From the NCBI GenBank assembly GCA_965153455.1, contig OZ234494.1, positions 2,480,001-2,544,000 of the forward strand: a DNA stretch of 64,000 nt, given 5' to 3'. Shown one piece after another: positions 1 through 12,157 of the stretch (position 1 is the stretch's first letter; each line of letters begins with the position of its first letter). The DNA is from Sphagnum compactum. Its lineage: Eukaryota. The notes beneath the pieces were generated by a model, which saw nothing but the letters and a program-made list of their open reading frames with translations, did not search any database and had not been told where the DNA came from. The position numbers were made by a program, and so were the translations under genes.

Positions 1-1559
1 CTCATCCCATCCCCCTAGAGTCACAATGGTATGTAATATGTATCTTGTGTGTCTCCTTGCTCTTGTGTTTACTTATGGTTTTCCTAATTGAAAAGTGAAC
101 TCTTAAAAAATAAAATGCCTTCTTTTAAACCTAGCACCATTTTTAATAGATTATTTCATGGAATGGTTTATAATTATAATATGGTCTGTAATAATAATAA
201 TAATAATAAACTATATTATATTATATTGATAGGTAACCATTATTTGCATTGAAAAATGGTAACTATTTAATTTGCGTTTTTCAACTTGTCATAATTTTTT
301 AATGTTCTGTCCATGGAGATGTTCAAAATCTAAATTGTCGATTTTGAGAAATGTTCTATTTTTTTCACTGATCATTTTGGCCTTAGAAACCCCATAATTT
401 TTTTAATTAAATAAAATTAATTATTAAAAAAAAAGAAAACTTTGTGTAAAAGCAACCCACATAGGTGCTAGCAGCTCCACACCAAATTTGAGCAAGAAAA
501 ATAAATTTTTGTATCATGAAAATAATTTTTAAAAATATGTTCTTTAAATGTGCAAGAAAAAGGGTCAGCAACAAACCCTTGTAGGCACCCAATTGATTTT
601 ACCTCATAAAAAAAAGCAGAAGAAAATCCAAATCTTGTCCCTGAAGCCATACACGTGTCCCAATGGCCAATGCTTATGGAAGATCTGTGGATATACTCGA
701 ACAAACGTACTTATTTGGAAATCCCAATTCAGGTGGGTCCACCTATCTACCTACCCACCTACTTATATATACCTACCTGGATACCTACCCTAAATACCTA
801 CCTACCGACCAACTGACTAGTTACCTACCTTCTTCTGCCAAATTAGCATTGGCCTTTTTTTAGTGAACGTGTCATATATATTAGAAAATAAAATAATTTT
901 TTTTTTTGCTTACCAGAGATCAGTAATGCCAGACCAGACACAGCCCAAATTCCAGTCAGAATATAGCATATTCTGAAAATTCTGATTGGCAGAATATATA
1001 TATATATATATAAAGAAAGTGGGAATGTATTTTGTTTTTCTGAGCAGAAATTTTTTTCTTAATAAAAATGATTACTAATTTGGGCGACATATTCCACCAG
1101 TTTTGAAAATTGTAGTGGAATGAGGTCAACACTAGAATCGTGCCCACTTGGGGACCTCCGAACCAATGAGAAGGGTGGAAATGTTTTGGGTTCAATTCCA
1201 ACCAATAACAACACTTTGCGCAAAGAGATTGAGCTCTGGCTTCGAATGGGCTTCAGATTTTGGGGATGATGTCGACCAACCATTTTTCTCGGGCTTTGAA
1301 GGACAACAGGTTGGGTGGTAGTGGTGGTGGTGGTGGTGATCATCATCGTAGTCAGGCAAGTGGTGGTATTGATATCACTCACCCACACAAATTACATCTT
1401 CTTTATGTCTCGCACACGTATTGAACTACGTCCAATGTCCATCGTACATGTCGATGATCACTTTGACAAATTCTTGGCCATTCCTTTGTCACTACGGACA
1501 ACACACATCATTCAGTCACCAACAACATACTTACTTGTGAACTGGGTACCCACCCCTCT

Positions 1560-1953
1560 TAGAGATGGGAATTAGCTCAGGCCAAGAATTTTTGCCCAGG
1601 CCAACTATTTGGTGAAACTATGTCTCCTTGATTCATCATGGCCCGTCCCACCCCCGTGAAACAATGTCGTGCAAAAAAAAAAAAAAAAAGGTTTGTGAAG
1701 AAATCATTATCAAATGCAAGATTAATTTCTTTAGGTAGACAAGGTGATTTTTTTTCAAAAGAAGTTGACAAGTGAGTTGAACTTTGTATTTAAATATTTA
1801 TTTTAATTAGTTACCCATATATTAGTTGTGTAACATTAATTATTTGTTACTTGTAAAGTCCTTGATTTTTTTCATTTTTTTTGATAAAGCTTTGTACATA
1901 CAACATTTTGGAAAAAGTCATTTTGCATTTGGATTGGGCTTAATTCCCCCCTG
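1560..1953. mobile_element. Putative hAT-type MITE
   Basis: Imperfect terminal inverted repeats TAGAGATGGGAATTAGCTCAGGCCAA and TTGGATTGGGCTTAATTCCCCCCTG; non-coding AT-rich interior; 8-bp flanks ACCCCTCT/AACCTACT match only partly. Confidence 0.35.
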
Positions 1954-2679
1954 AACCTACTTGAACATGGATTTGCAGAATGTAACCCACTTCACCCCCA
2001 GAAAAAAATAAATTAAAGGAGAAAAAAAAGATATGTAGTTATTCACTCTCTTAAGAAGGGGGTATTGTTGTATGCAAAAATAGGTGATGAGCAGAGTTAG
2101 GATAGAAATTCTGTTCAATGAATGAGGTGATGCAGCCTGCACCCAAAAGGCCCAGAATCTTCTCTTTGGAGAGGGAGAGGGGGCGGGGGAGAAGGGGGAT
2201 TTTTTGAACTTTTTTTGTTCCCAATGTGTTATCACGAAGTTCTCAATGTGTTCCCCAACATCCTTTTGGAACCTATGTAGGTCGGCCAATAAAGGGATTT
2301 ATATGTCTCTATTTCCATGCTTGTTGGGAGTGAATGCTTCTACAATTAGGGAATCTCCAAAGTTTGAGATTTTTAAAAATTTGTTTTCGGTGATGGTCGA
2401 TCAAAGAGACTCATTAATAATAATAAAAATAATTCTGAACTTTGAAGGCACCCTGAACTAATTAATATGGATCACAATAGCTACTCATGCAATTCACAAG
2501 GAGGAACTAAATCTCATAAAGCTCCCAATTGTTTTAATTAAAAAAAAGCACAAATCAGGGTTGTCCTAAAGATCCGTGACTTATGAGGGGCCCTAGATCT
2601 CCTAGACGTGACCAAAAGAAGAAGGCAAAAGAAGAAGAATTATGGAAACTCAAATATTTGGCCATGGAAAAATGCAAAC

Positions 2680-2912
2680 TTCATAAAAAAAATCCTCTAA
2701 GAAAAAAACCCCAAAAAAAATCCTTCAAAATATTATTTATAACTCTATAACCAATCTCAAGTTTCAACACAATAGCCAAAGTATCACCTTTCAAAAAAAC
2801 TCATATAAAAACAGACCTATTACGTAGGGGCCTATAAAAATCCCTGAAGCTACTATACTCTAGAATGAATCTAAACCCAGTATCCTTGCCTTGGTAGTAG
2901 GCAAGGCCAATA
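2680..2912 (+). repeat. Dispersed ~200-230 bp repeat, copy 1 (upstream of PRR)
   Basis: Aligns by eye with 11960-12157 (AACTCTATAAC.AATCTCAAGTTTCAACACAA..CTCATATAAAA..AATGAATCTAAAC..TATCCTTGCCTTGGTAG..GCAAGGCCAA). Confidence 0.8.
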
Positions 2913-3723
2913 AATAAAAACACACACACACACAGACACACACCACACACTAGCAAGCGGTAGGCTGCCAGGCAAAGCCAAGCCAATCTCCCGTTGCTTC
3001 TCAGGCCAGGTATTGATTTCCCTCCAAAGATTTGCTTTAATCTTTTGGGCCCCCCAACCCACGCTCCACACATCCCTGGCACCAATCACAGTTCATTTTA
3101 CGGACACGTTGTTTGCGTGGTGTCAGTCGTTACTCTAGTATTAAAGTTCTGTATCTGTTCCACGTTGCCACGGAGAGCCGCGCTGGTGCATTCTGGTCCT
3201 TGGAAATTAATCAGTCAGTTTTCAATACGCAGTAGTAGTAGGAAAAGACTCCCTCCCTCCCTCTGAGAGACCCAGTGAAATCCTTTTTTTTTTAAATAAT
3301 TTTTTTTTTTCTTGAAAACACACTTGGTAGGTAAAATGTGTCCAAGAATGCAACTCGCTCTTATAATAATAAATTAAATTAAATCGGATCTTGATATACA
3401 AATCTTTTTTACCTCCATCAAAAATTTTATTTTTATTTTTGATAATTCCATATTATTTTTCTCAAGACAAAAAAAACATCGGATATTTTCAAATTAATTT
3501 TTTTTAAATTTAAACATTTATGTTTTGCATTTAATTTTTGAAATTATGAGATACTTTAGTTTTAAGGTTAGTTAAAGTATGTCATTTACATCTGATATAT
3601 TATTATTCAGCTTGGATATTGTTGAGGTTGGAAATGATGATTTAATTTCCATGTGATATTAGGGAAAGTAAATTATTTTGCAGGGAATGTCATGGCACAT
3701 GAGGATTCGTAAGAGTAGGTCAA

Positions 3724-3812
3724 AGGTGGATCTTTAAAAAGTTTTGTACCAACTTGTGTGATCCTTAGCTTAGGTGGATCTTTAAAAAATTTGTACCAAC
3801 TTGTGTGATCCT
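3724..3812 (+). repeat. 48-bp tandem duplication upstream of PRR
   Basis: AGGTGGATCTTTAAAAA(G/A)TTT(T)GTACCAACTTGTGTGATCCT at 3724 and 3772. Confidence 0.85.
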
Positions 3813-4511
3813 AAGGTTAGTTGGGTGAAGAAGAACTGCCACTAATAAATTAATTTGTGTTTCTTTCTTCTTTTTTCTCTCATTATTTGGGTACCAATTT
3901 TCAATAATCCCCCCCACCCCCCCCCCCCCCCAAAATTTAAAAAAAATAAAAAATAAACCCCGAAAATAAACCAGGGGGAAAAAAAAACAAAGAATGAAAC
4001 AAAGGAAGAAAAGAAAGAACAGGCGAGCTCCGATTGTGTGGAGTTTTGTTTTCCGGAGGTTTGAAGTCTCAGGGTTGCGTTGCAAAGTGGTTCTTCGATG
4101 CCGGGTTTTTTTTCTTTTTGTTGAAGAAGATTTGATTTGAGTTCTTCGTTTTTTTTTTCCCTGTTTCTGTTGAGGGACGGGTTTGCGGAGGTATTCGTTA
4201 CTCTGCGAGTTGATGAAAGGCGGAGCTGCGTTTCGAACGCACTCCTGTTTTTTCTTTGTAGTTGTGGTGTTTCCTAAGATCCTGTAATTATCGGCAACGC
4301 GTGTTTTTTTTCTTCTTCTGCTTCCCGATCCTTGCGAGGATCATGCTCCTTGCAATCCTGCCGACCTCTTTGTTTGTTTGTTTGTTTGTTTGTTTGTAAC
4401 CGAGTTGTTTCTTCAATGTGCTTCAAGTCCTTTGCGATTGTAGAGTTTCGAAACGCGACTTGAAGCGTTCTTACAGCAGGAGTGAACTTGGGCGTTGTTC
4501 ACAAAATAGTA

Positions 4512-4868
4512 CTTGCGAAGCTTATCACAGTTGGATGCGGTGCAGAAGAGAGAGAGGGACAAATAGAGGGAGAAAAACTTCCATTGAAGAAAAGGAAGAA
4601 GCAGATACGCAGCAGGTAGCCGATTCTGCATTTTTCAGGAAGTCTTGCTAAGCTTGTCACAGTTGGATGTGGTGCACAAGAGAGACAAACAGAGTTGCTA
4701 GAGGGGGAAAAAAATCCAGTTAAGAAGAAGAAGAAGAAGAAGAAACGCAACGGGTAGCCGGTTCTCAGGACTTGCTAAGCTTGTCACGGTTGGATGCGGT
4801 GCAGACGAGAGACAGGGAGACAAACAGAGGTGCTGAGGAAAAAAAATCCAGTTAAGAAGGAGCAGATT
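4512..4868 (+). repeat. ~130-bp tandem repeat, 3 copies, in the PRR 5' leader region
   Basis: Units start CTTGC(G/T)AAGCTT(A/G)TCAC(A/G)GTTGGATG(C/T)GGTGCA at 4512, 4644 and 4771. Confidence 0.85.
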
Positions 4869-5545
4869 CTTCGTTTTCTCCCGTGTTTTTCTGGAAAACA
4901 TCGGTCACATAGATCGTGGAATCTGCGACGCTGCGGAGAAGCTTGGAGTTCCGTTCACGGTGGTGGTTTTCGGAAGCCGATCTCTAGTGAATGACTCTCT
5001 ACTGAGTCGGGCTTGCAGACCTGTAAGTTTTCTGAGAGCTAACAAAATACCTGAGCAATCTCTAGTGCTACAATGCGAAGTTTGATTCATTTCATGCAAG
5101 AATGAAAATGGAGACCGGGGGCTTGTGTGCGGAATGAGCTCCTCTGGGGAACTAGCAGTCGTCCCAGATGATGATACTTTCAACGAGAACACACTGTGGG
5201 AGAATCGGGCCATGGTGAAGAGATGTGCTAGAACGTTAGATCTCAGTTTTGCTTGAAGCATCTTGAGCAAACTACGGTCTATATCACAGTGGGGATAGAA
5301 GAGCTCCGCCTAATCTACGCCTAATCCTCACTGTTGTCGTGGGTTGATATGGCAGAGTGTCCGTGCAGACACGGAAGTGGCTTCAAAGGCCCTTGGAGAA
5401 TGTGCCGTGAAGTTCGTCGTAGACCTGCAAGAGTCCCGGCATATCGTCTCAGTGTTGGACAAGGGTGGGAAGGGTAGCAGCCTTGAGGAGCAGGCTTCAC
5501 AGAGAGTAAGGGAAAAGAAGATTATAGCACCTTAACAGCCTTTCT

Positions 5546-8500
5546 ATGACTGCAGATTATGAGTCCGATTCGGGGCCCGACCGTCGTTGTCCGCCTTCTA
5601 GAGCAAGGCAGGATGTCCCAGGTAATGTCAAAACTCCTCATGGGATGTGGGTGGCGCAACTCAAGGCCGGCCACAAAAGCGCCCAACATGAGGGAAGTCA
5701 TGTGTACGAAGAAATAGGGAGCAGGAGCAAAGGTGTGCGAGCTGGGGACTACTCGAAGACCTTGGCCGAAGGAAACGGTTCAAATGGAGTTAAGGTCAAG
5801 AAGGCCACCAAAACCAGGGGCCAAGAGAGAACTGCAAATGAGGAGGAGCACATGAGGAGCACGATTGGGATGAGTCCTGTACTTGCAGAGGAGCTTACAA
5901 GACTTGATATTGAAAGGGATGAAGAAGGTAGAGACCAAGGCACGGAGTTTGAGGAAGGGGATGGTATGATTGCTGAAGCTGTAGCAATTCAGCAGTCTAA
6001 GCTGCAAGCAAATTTGCAGCAGTCTCACCAGCAGGTGCAGCCAGGTCTTAGTGGGGGCTGGAAGAGTTTTCTACCACATGGCCACCTCAGAGTGCTGTTG
6101 GCTGAGGATGATGACTGTACAAGGCATGTAGTGAGTGCTTTGTTGAGGAACTGCAAATATGAAGGTTGGTACAAGCTGCAATGTGTTTGCTTGACTAGTT
6201 AGTTTCTCAGAATTGCCGCGCATTTCTCCTTGGTGGATTCATTGCCATCTCATGTTATCTATGTCTGTTGTTTCTTGTCCTGCATTCTTGTTATCTATGT
6301 TGGTTGTTTCCTGCCCTCTTCTTGTCTTATTTCTTTTGGCTTCATGTTTTCCTCCTGCATCTCACTCATGAAAAAGTAGAAAGAGTGGAACATGTCATTT
6401 CATGGACATGTGATGACTGAAATCACTGCAACAAAGTCTGTAATGATGGTGCTTTTCATGGAATGGCACTTCTGCATCTTTGAGTGCTGCATTTCTGGAG
6501 ATAAATATGCCAGTTTTTCCTTATTGTGGTGCTTGCATCTCACCTCCCCACTTGATATTGAAACGAAAAGGTTTTGGTGTAACTGTTGAACACCTTGGTC
6601 TGTGCTGGAAAGATAGAACCATATGAGCAAAATCACTGAATGACTGTTGCCTTTTGCAGTCACTTCAGCTGCAAATGGAGCATTGGCTTGGCAACTGCTG
6701 GAGAAAAGGAATTTTCAGTTTGACCTTGTGTTGACAGAGGTCATCCTGCCATGCATGTCGGGTGTGGAACTTCTTTCTAAAATGGAAAATCATGAGGCAT
6801 GCAAGCAGATCCCTGTTGTCAGTAAGCTCCCTATCTGATTATGTCTTCAGCTTACGAGGCCAGTTTTGTTTTTAGTTTCATGATAATGGCATGTAAGTGC
6901 TGCACTGTGTCGCAATTGTGGCTACTGTGGCTGTAACTGGATTTTGAATATCAAATCTGATCAGAATACCAGTGGTCTAATTTATGAGGTCTATTCTGCA
7001 AGGAATCTGCTACATCATAAATATATCGGTTCCTTGTAATTAGATGGCACTTGTGGGTATTCTCTTTGTATTGGAGATATGTCAGTACATTGTTGGAGCT
7101 AAGACACTATTCAAGACAAAAGCTTATCTGGGGTACTGGGATCTGCAGTGATGTCAACACAGGACAGCTCAGATATAGTGTTAAGCTGTTTGTTCAAAGG
7201 GGCAGTGGACTTCCTGGTGAAGCCTGTGCGCAAAAATGAGCTGAAAAACCTTTGGCAACATGTCTGGAGAATGTGCAACTCTGTAAGTCACTCTAATGTG
7301 GCTTCATAAACTCTCCTCCAGAGTCGTTTTGGGGCTTAGTAAGTGAAATGAGTGTGTTTCCTCCTCTGTTGTGCAATCCCCTCACATGTTGCTTATGTCT
7401 TGCCATTTTCAACCTGTCACACCTTGATAAAGGGTTTGACTGGTCTAATACTCTCACTGTGTGCTTCTAACTCTGAGAATTTCCACAATTTTATGGTTGC
7501 AGTCAAGCATTGGTGCCAGTGGGACTGACACAGGAAAAGTAGCTGTTCCAACAAGTCATGGGAGGTCTGATGACAACATGACTGGCAGCAACGGTGACAG
7601 TGACAATGGCAGCAATGGTGACAGGGACAATGGCAGCAGTGGCTTAAATGCTAATGGTGGAAGTGACAATGGCAGCAGTGGCTTAAATGTTAATGGTGGA
7701 AGTGACAATGGCAGCGGCAACCAAGTGTGTAACATCTCCTAATCAAAATCGAATGTTGTTTCTGTGACATGTTTAAAGGGATGCACATGTTGGCCATCCC
7801 TTCTCCAAGTTTTTGAGAAGTGTCCTGGTCTGGTGTTGTGTTCCTGCTCATAATTGTTGAGTACATTGGCAAGAGATTAATATGGAAATTCTCCTGTTAC
7901 ACGACTTTGATGCAAAGAAGTAACTTGATCAATACATCAGTAGATTGTTGATGTTTCTTCTACTTGTTGGGTGAAGGTGCAGGTTCATGTGCAGCCTGTA
8001 CAGGTCCAAAGAATCTGTGGCTCTCATCCAGAGGCTGGTGATGTTGATGACGAAGGTCAAGCAACTTCACAAGCAAAAGCCACCTCTGGTATGAAAATTT
8101 TGTTGCAATCTAGAGTTGGTCAGCAACTCTGGGTTATTTGCCATTCTGGCTGAAAAACTTACTGCTGTCATAAAAGCAGAAATGGGTTGACCTGTTTTGC
8201 TTGCATAAAAAGTCTGATGAGGAAGGTACCGTTCTGGAAGTGCTGTTATCTCAAAAAGCTGTGTAACATCTGAGCTTGTGGGAGAACAGCATTCTTTTTT
8301 ACTTCAATAGGTCCAATAGTTTGTGTCAGCTCATTCTCTTTCAAAATGGCCTCATTGTTCCATGTGCCTATATAGGTGCAAATCAAGAAATGGGCCAGGA
8401 TTTAGAGATGGCAACACCTAGGCCAGCCAGTCGAGATGTGGAACAATCTCAGCAGCCAGTATGTGGAGCAAACAGAATTGAAGAGTCTACATTTGCTATG

Positions 8501-10555
8501 GAAAAGATAGAAGCTGCAGATTGTGGCGAGAAATGCACTGAACTGCAGGATGGTGAACCAGTGAATTCAGGAGCAAATGGGTCTGCAGATAAGACCTCAC
8601 AGAAAGCAATTGACTTACTTGGTGCTATTGCAACTCATCCACCAGCAGATATTATGGAACAACCTGGAGACAGTGGAGATGTAGGTGAAATTATGGACCA
8701 AGGAGGTAGTAAAAGCCCCAATAATCTGGATAATCTGGCCTCAAGATCATATTCCCCTCCAACCTTGGAGCTCTCTTTGAAGCGGTCAAGGCCTAGAGAT
8801 GAGATTGACACTGACATAGATGATCGGCGGATGCTTCGCCACTCTGGCAGCTCAGCTTTCTCAAGGTAGTTGTGCTACACCTTACCTTGTTGATCTATGA
8901 GTAGCACAGTATTTCCTTTCAGCTTTAACCAATCTGTTGCCTGATCATTTTGGCAATTTGTGGAGGAGTCGTGTTTTACACTACTTTCAACATCCATGGG
9001 TTCCTGCAGATGAGTTTTCTCATTCAAGAGATAATTTTTCACACTGCATAGGTGAAAGTCAGCTGCAGACATTTTAGGACAGTGTTTGTTCTTGAGCTTC
9101 ATCTCTGCAAATAATATTCATGAGTACCTCTTGAGCAGCATGCTGCAGTACCTGCAGAAAATGGGTGATAGTTTTGGACTGTTCTGATCAAGTTTGTGCT
9201 GTGCCCCACAGGTACAGCACTAATGGAAAAGGCTTCCAGCATCAGCATCCTCCAGGTGCTACACTCCCTCCAGCATATCAAATGGCACATGGTGATGGGA
9301 ATCATGGTGTGTCTGGAGGATTAGGTTCAAGTGAATCATGTCCTTCACATGTGGGTTTTCTCCATGACCAGGCAGTGTCCTCAAAGGGTAGCGGGGAAGT
9401 ATCCACACTCTTGCAAATGCATCTCCAGCACATTCAAGGTGGCAATGGTCAAGAGACAATCTCCACAGGGGTGGGACCTATTGCTCAGGATGGAGCTCAT
9501 GGGACTTCTCAAGCACCAGATGAGACAAGGCCAGTGCCCAACATGCCAAATGTTCAATCTAACCTTATGGCACATGAGGATACCCCAGCAGCATACCGGC
9601 CCACCATGAATTCCACATATTATGCTCATCCACATGGGTCTACTACATGGGTGGCAGCAGGTTCTTTCCCTAGTCTGGCAGATCATGGAGAGGTTTTCAA
9701 TCACTCTCATGCACTTAATGAACATGCTGCTTTTGGCTATCTTCAACACCCACAGAGCCAACTGCATTTTCACCACTACAGTGAACATCAGTACAAAGCA
9801 CAGCATCAAATACTTCAAGCCCCAAACCCCCAGCCCAAACAAGAAAAGCACAAATCGGGCACCAAGACTGGATCTGGAGCTCAAGCCTCTGAATCATCCA
9901 CAGTACTGGAAGGTAAGATTGGGCATAGTGGCAGCAGTAATGCACATAGCAGCAATGGAAATGGTAACATGCCTGCCAATGGAAGTGTGTCAGGAAGTAA
10001 CAATGACAGCTATGGACATGTGGGTCACCATAATGCAAGGGCAGTAGGTAGCAATGGAGAAAGTTTGAACGGTGGAAACAGTGCCAGTGGTGGTGGGAAT
10101 GGGGTGGGGAATGTCGGTTTTGATGGAGCAAGTGGGGCTAGCAGTTTGGAGAATCGGTTTGCAGTTCGAGAGGCTGCTTTGCACAAGTTCAGACAGAAGA
10201 GGAAGGAGCGGTGTTTTGAGAAGAAGGTAGTTAAATCTTTCCTGGTCACTCAAAAAACAATTGTCAGGTTTTGACATATTGCTGTTTCCTGCCTGTCTCC
10301 TTCTTGAGTTTTATACAAAATTGTGAGTTGAGACCCTCCTGGTAGTAGAAGGTAGAATGTTCTCACTTTCTCTATTTGTATCATTCTCTTTTGCAAATCT
10401 GGAAGACTGCTGGTGATGCCTTCCATAAAGATGTCTTCTTATGATTGCAGGTGCGCTACCAAAGCAGAAAGAGACTTGCAGAGCAACGTCCACGTGTACG
10501 GGGCCAGTTTGTGCGGCAGAGTGCTCATGACTTGAATGTGAGTGAACTTGATTAG
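5546..10555 (+). CDS. PRR: Pseudo-response regulator (PRR7/PRR73-like circadian clock protein; receiver-like domain + CCT domain), 8 coding exons, ~952 aa
   Basis: Spliced model with GT-AG introns and consistent phases: 5546-6164, 6660-6821, 7149-7282, 7503-7724, 7977(or 7983)-8088, 8376-8865, 9212-10226, 10451-10555 (TAG). Receiver-like domain [72 protein letters not shown] motifs [32 protein letters not shown] domain [43 protein letters not shown]. Confidence 0.95.
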
Positions 10556-11959
10556 ATGAGGGCTATAGGTTTCAGTCCGAAAGCACTTTTGTAAAGCATG
10601 GCACCTGCATGCATGTAGTACATGATCTCAGAAAAGGCCTATGCTATCTACCAATACTTTGTGAAGAGGTTTTAAGGAACTCTGGCAAACTCATGTGCCC
10701 AGCCCTGCTTATTTTTTGTACTAATGGTATATACTATTAATGTACATTATGTGGAAGAGATTTAATCTCCAAGTGGGTGTACCATGAATATGGTTCTCAT
10801 TGCAAAAAAAATTCAGAGATATGTCTATTGGCTGTAGAGGAGATTGCATGTTTTTTAAAGTGGTAATGTGTAGTGAAGGACTGAGAATGACACCAGTCTG
10901 GGAATGAGGCCTGCCAAGTGCAGGATCTGAGTTCCCAGAACCATCCTGTTCACCTGCATAAAGAACTGGTAGCATTTAGCTTTTAAAAAGGATGGCTGTG
11001 ATTTTATTTGGGAGGAGAGAGGGCACCTTTTGTCTGTGTTGAGGCAGAGATTTTACTGAGGGTAAGGCACCCTCCACGATCACTAGAAAAGATTCTATGG
11101 GTTCTTTAGCATGCATGTTCTTGTTGGGACATTATTTTCATGGCATGGCCAACACTGATAGCTAGCATTGTAAGTGAACCTCGCTCACAACTAGTTGATC
11201 TGCATGATAAAAAATTGTCATTTTTAAGGATGATAATGAAGGACACTATTTTACCAATGTTGTCTTCAATAGCAAGTGAATTTTAACATTATGCAAATGG
11301 ATATTGGATTGTACAAGTGCACAAGTGCACCTATTTGTGAAGTTGCAAATATGAAATGACTCCAACTGTTCATGTAGTCATTTATAAGTCCTTGAACTGA
11401 ATAGCTTGTCATTGTGTTGTGAAGGTGGTTAGGTAATCAGAAGACTCCAATTCTAAGCTTTTTGTTGCCTACTTCTATTCCTCTCGAATGATAGTAGCCT
11501 TGCATTGTAGATTGTATAAGGAGGAGGTGCAAAATGTCAAAGAAGTGAAACCGTACAAATTTCATTCTAATGAAGTAGGTTGGTAAGGAGTTTGTCAGCC
11601 AACAGATTTAGGTTCAAAGTCCTCACACAAACAGACTTACACAATTTGTTATAGGTTTAATACTGCAACAATGGTTCTAAATTATTTCTTCAATTGACGC
11701 AATTTCTTCAAAAGATGAATTGCTAATTAGTCAAAAGCCATTCAAACACACCAAACTTTGAAAACAGGTAAAGAAGCTACAACTTAAGAGTCCTAATGAT
11801 CATCAATATTTGGAATGTGTATTAACATTTAACAATATTTACAAATGCATAGAATGCACCCATGATATCTATCAAAATTAGAAGAATTATTAGAAAATGA
11901 TTGTTAACTCCTTAATGAAGATTTTGCATCAAGTAACAATGTGCTAAAATATAATCTTC

Positions 11960-12157
11960 AAAAAATTCTCTAAAAGAAACCAGAATCCTTCTAGATATTA
12001 CAACTCTATAACTAATCTCAAGTTTCAACACAAGCTATAAAATATCATCTTTCAAAAACCCTCATATAAAAATAGATCCATTACCTAGGGGCCAAAATCC
12101 CTTACTCTATAATGAATCTAAACACAATATCCTTGCCTTGGTAGGCAAGGCCAAAAA
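11960..12157 (+). repeat. Dispersed ~200-230 bp repeat, copy 2 (downstream of PRR)
   Basis: Direct-orientation homolog of 2680-2912, ending in the same CCTTGCC/GGCAAGG hairpin. Confidence 0.8.

Noticed and set aside
740..830. (TACC)n-like runs here, at ~31545-31635 and at ~46675-46770 (reverse)
   Set aside because: Simple degenerate microsatellites, probably TE-borne; no further structure.
3470..3495. Evening-element-like site in the PRR promoter
   Set aside because: GGATATTTT is a mismatch to the evening element (AAAATATCT) and is expected by chance in AT-rich DNA.
4905..5270. 121-aa minus-strand ORF in the PRR leader
   Set aside because: No recognisable motif or splice support; consistent with chance in a GC-richer region.
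5528..5556. U12-type branch point CCTTAAC near the PRR start
   Set aside because: No matching U12 donor (RTATCCTT) seen nearby upstream.
9259..10277. Several antisense and alternate-frame ORFs (e.g. 9381-9884, 9715-10131, 9622-10047)
   Set aside because: Shadows of PRR exon 7 with no recognisable domains.
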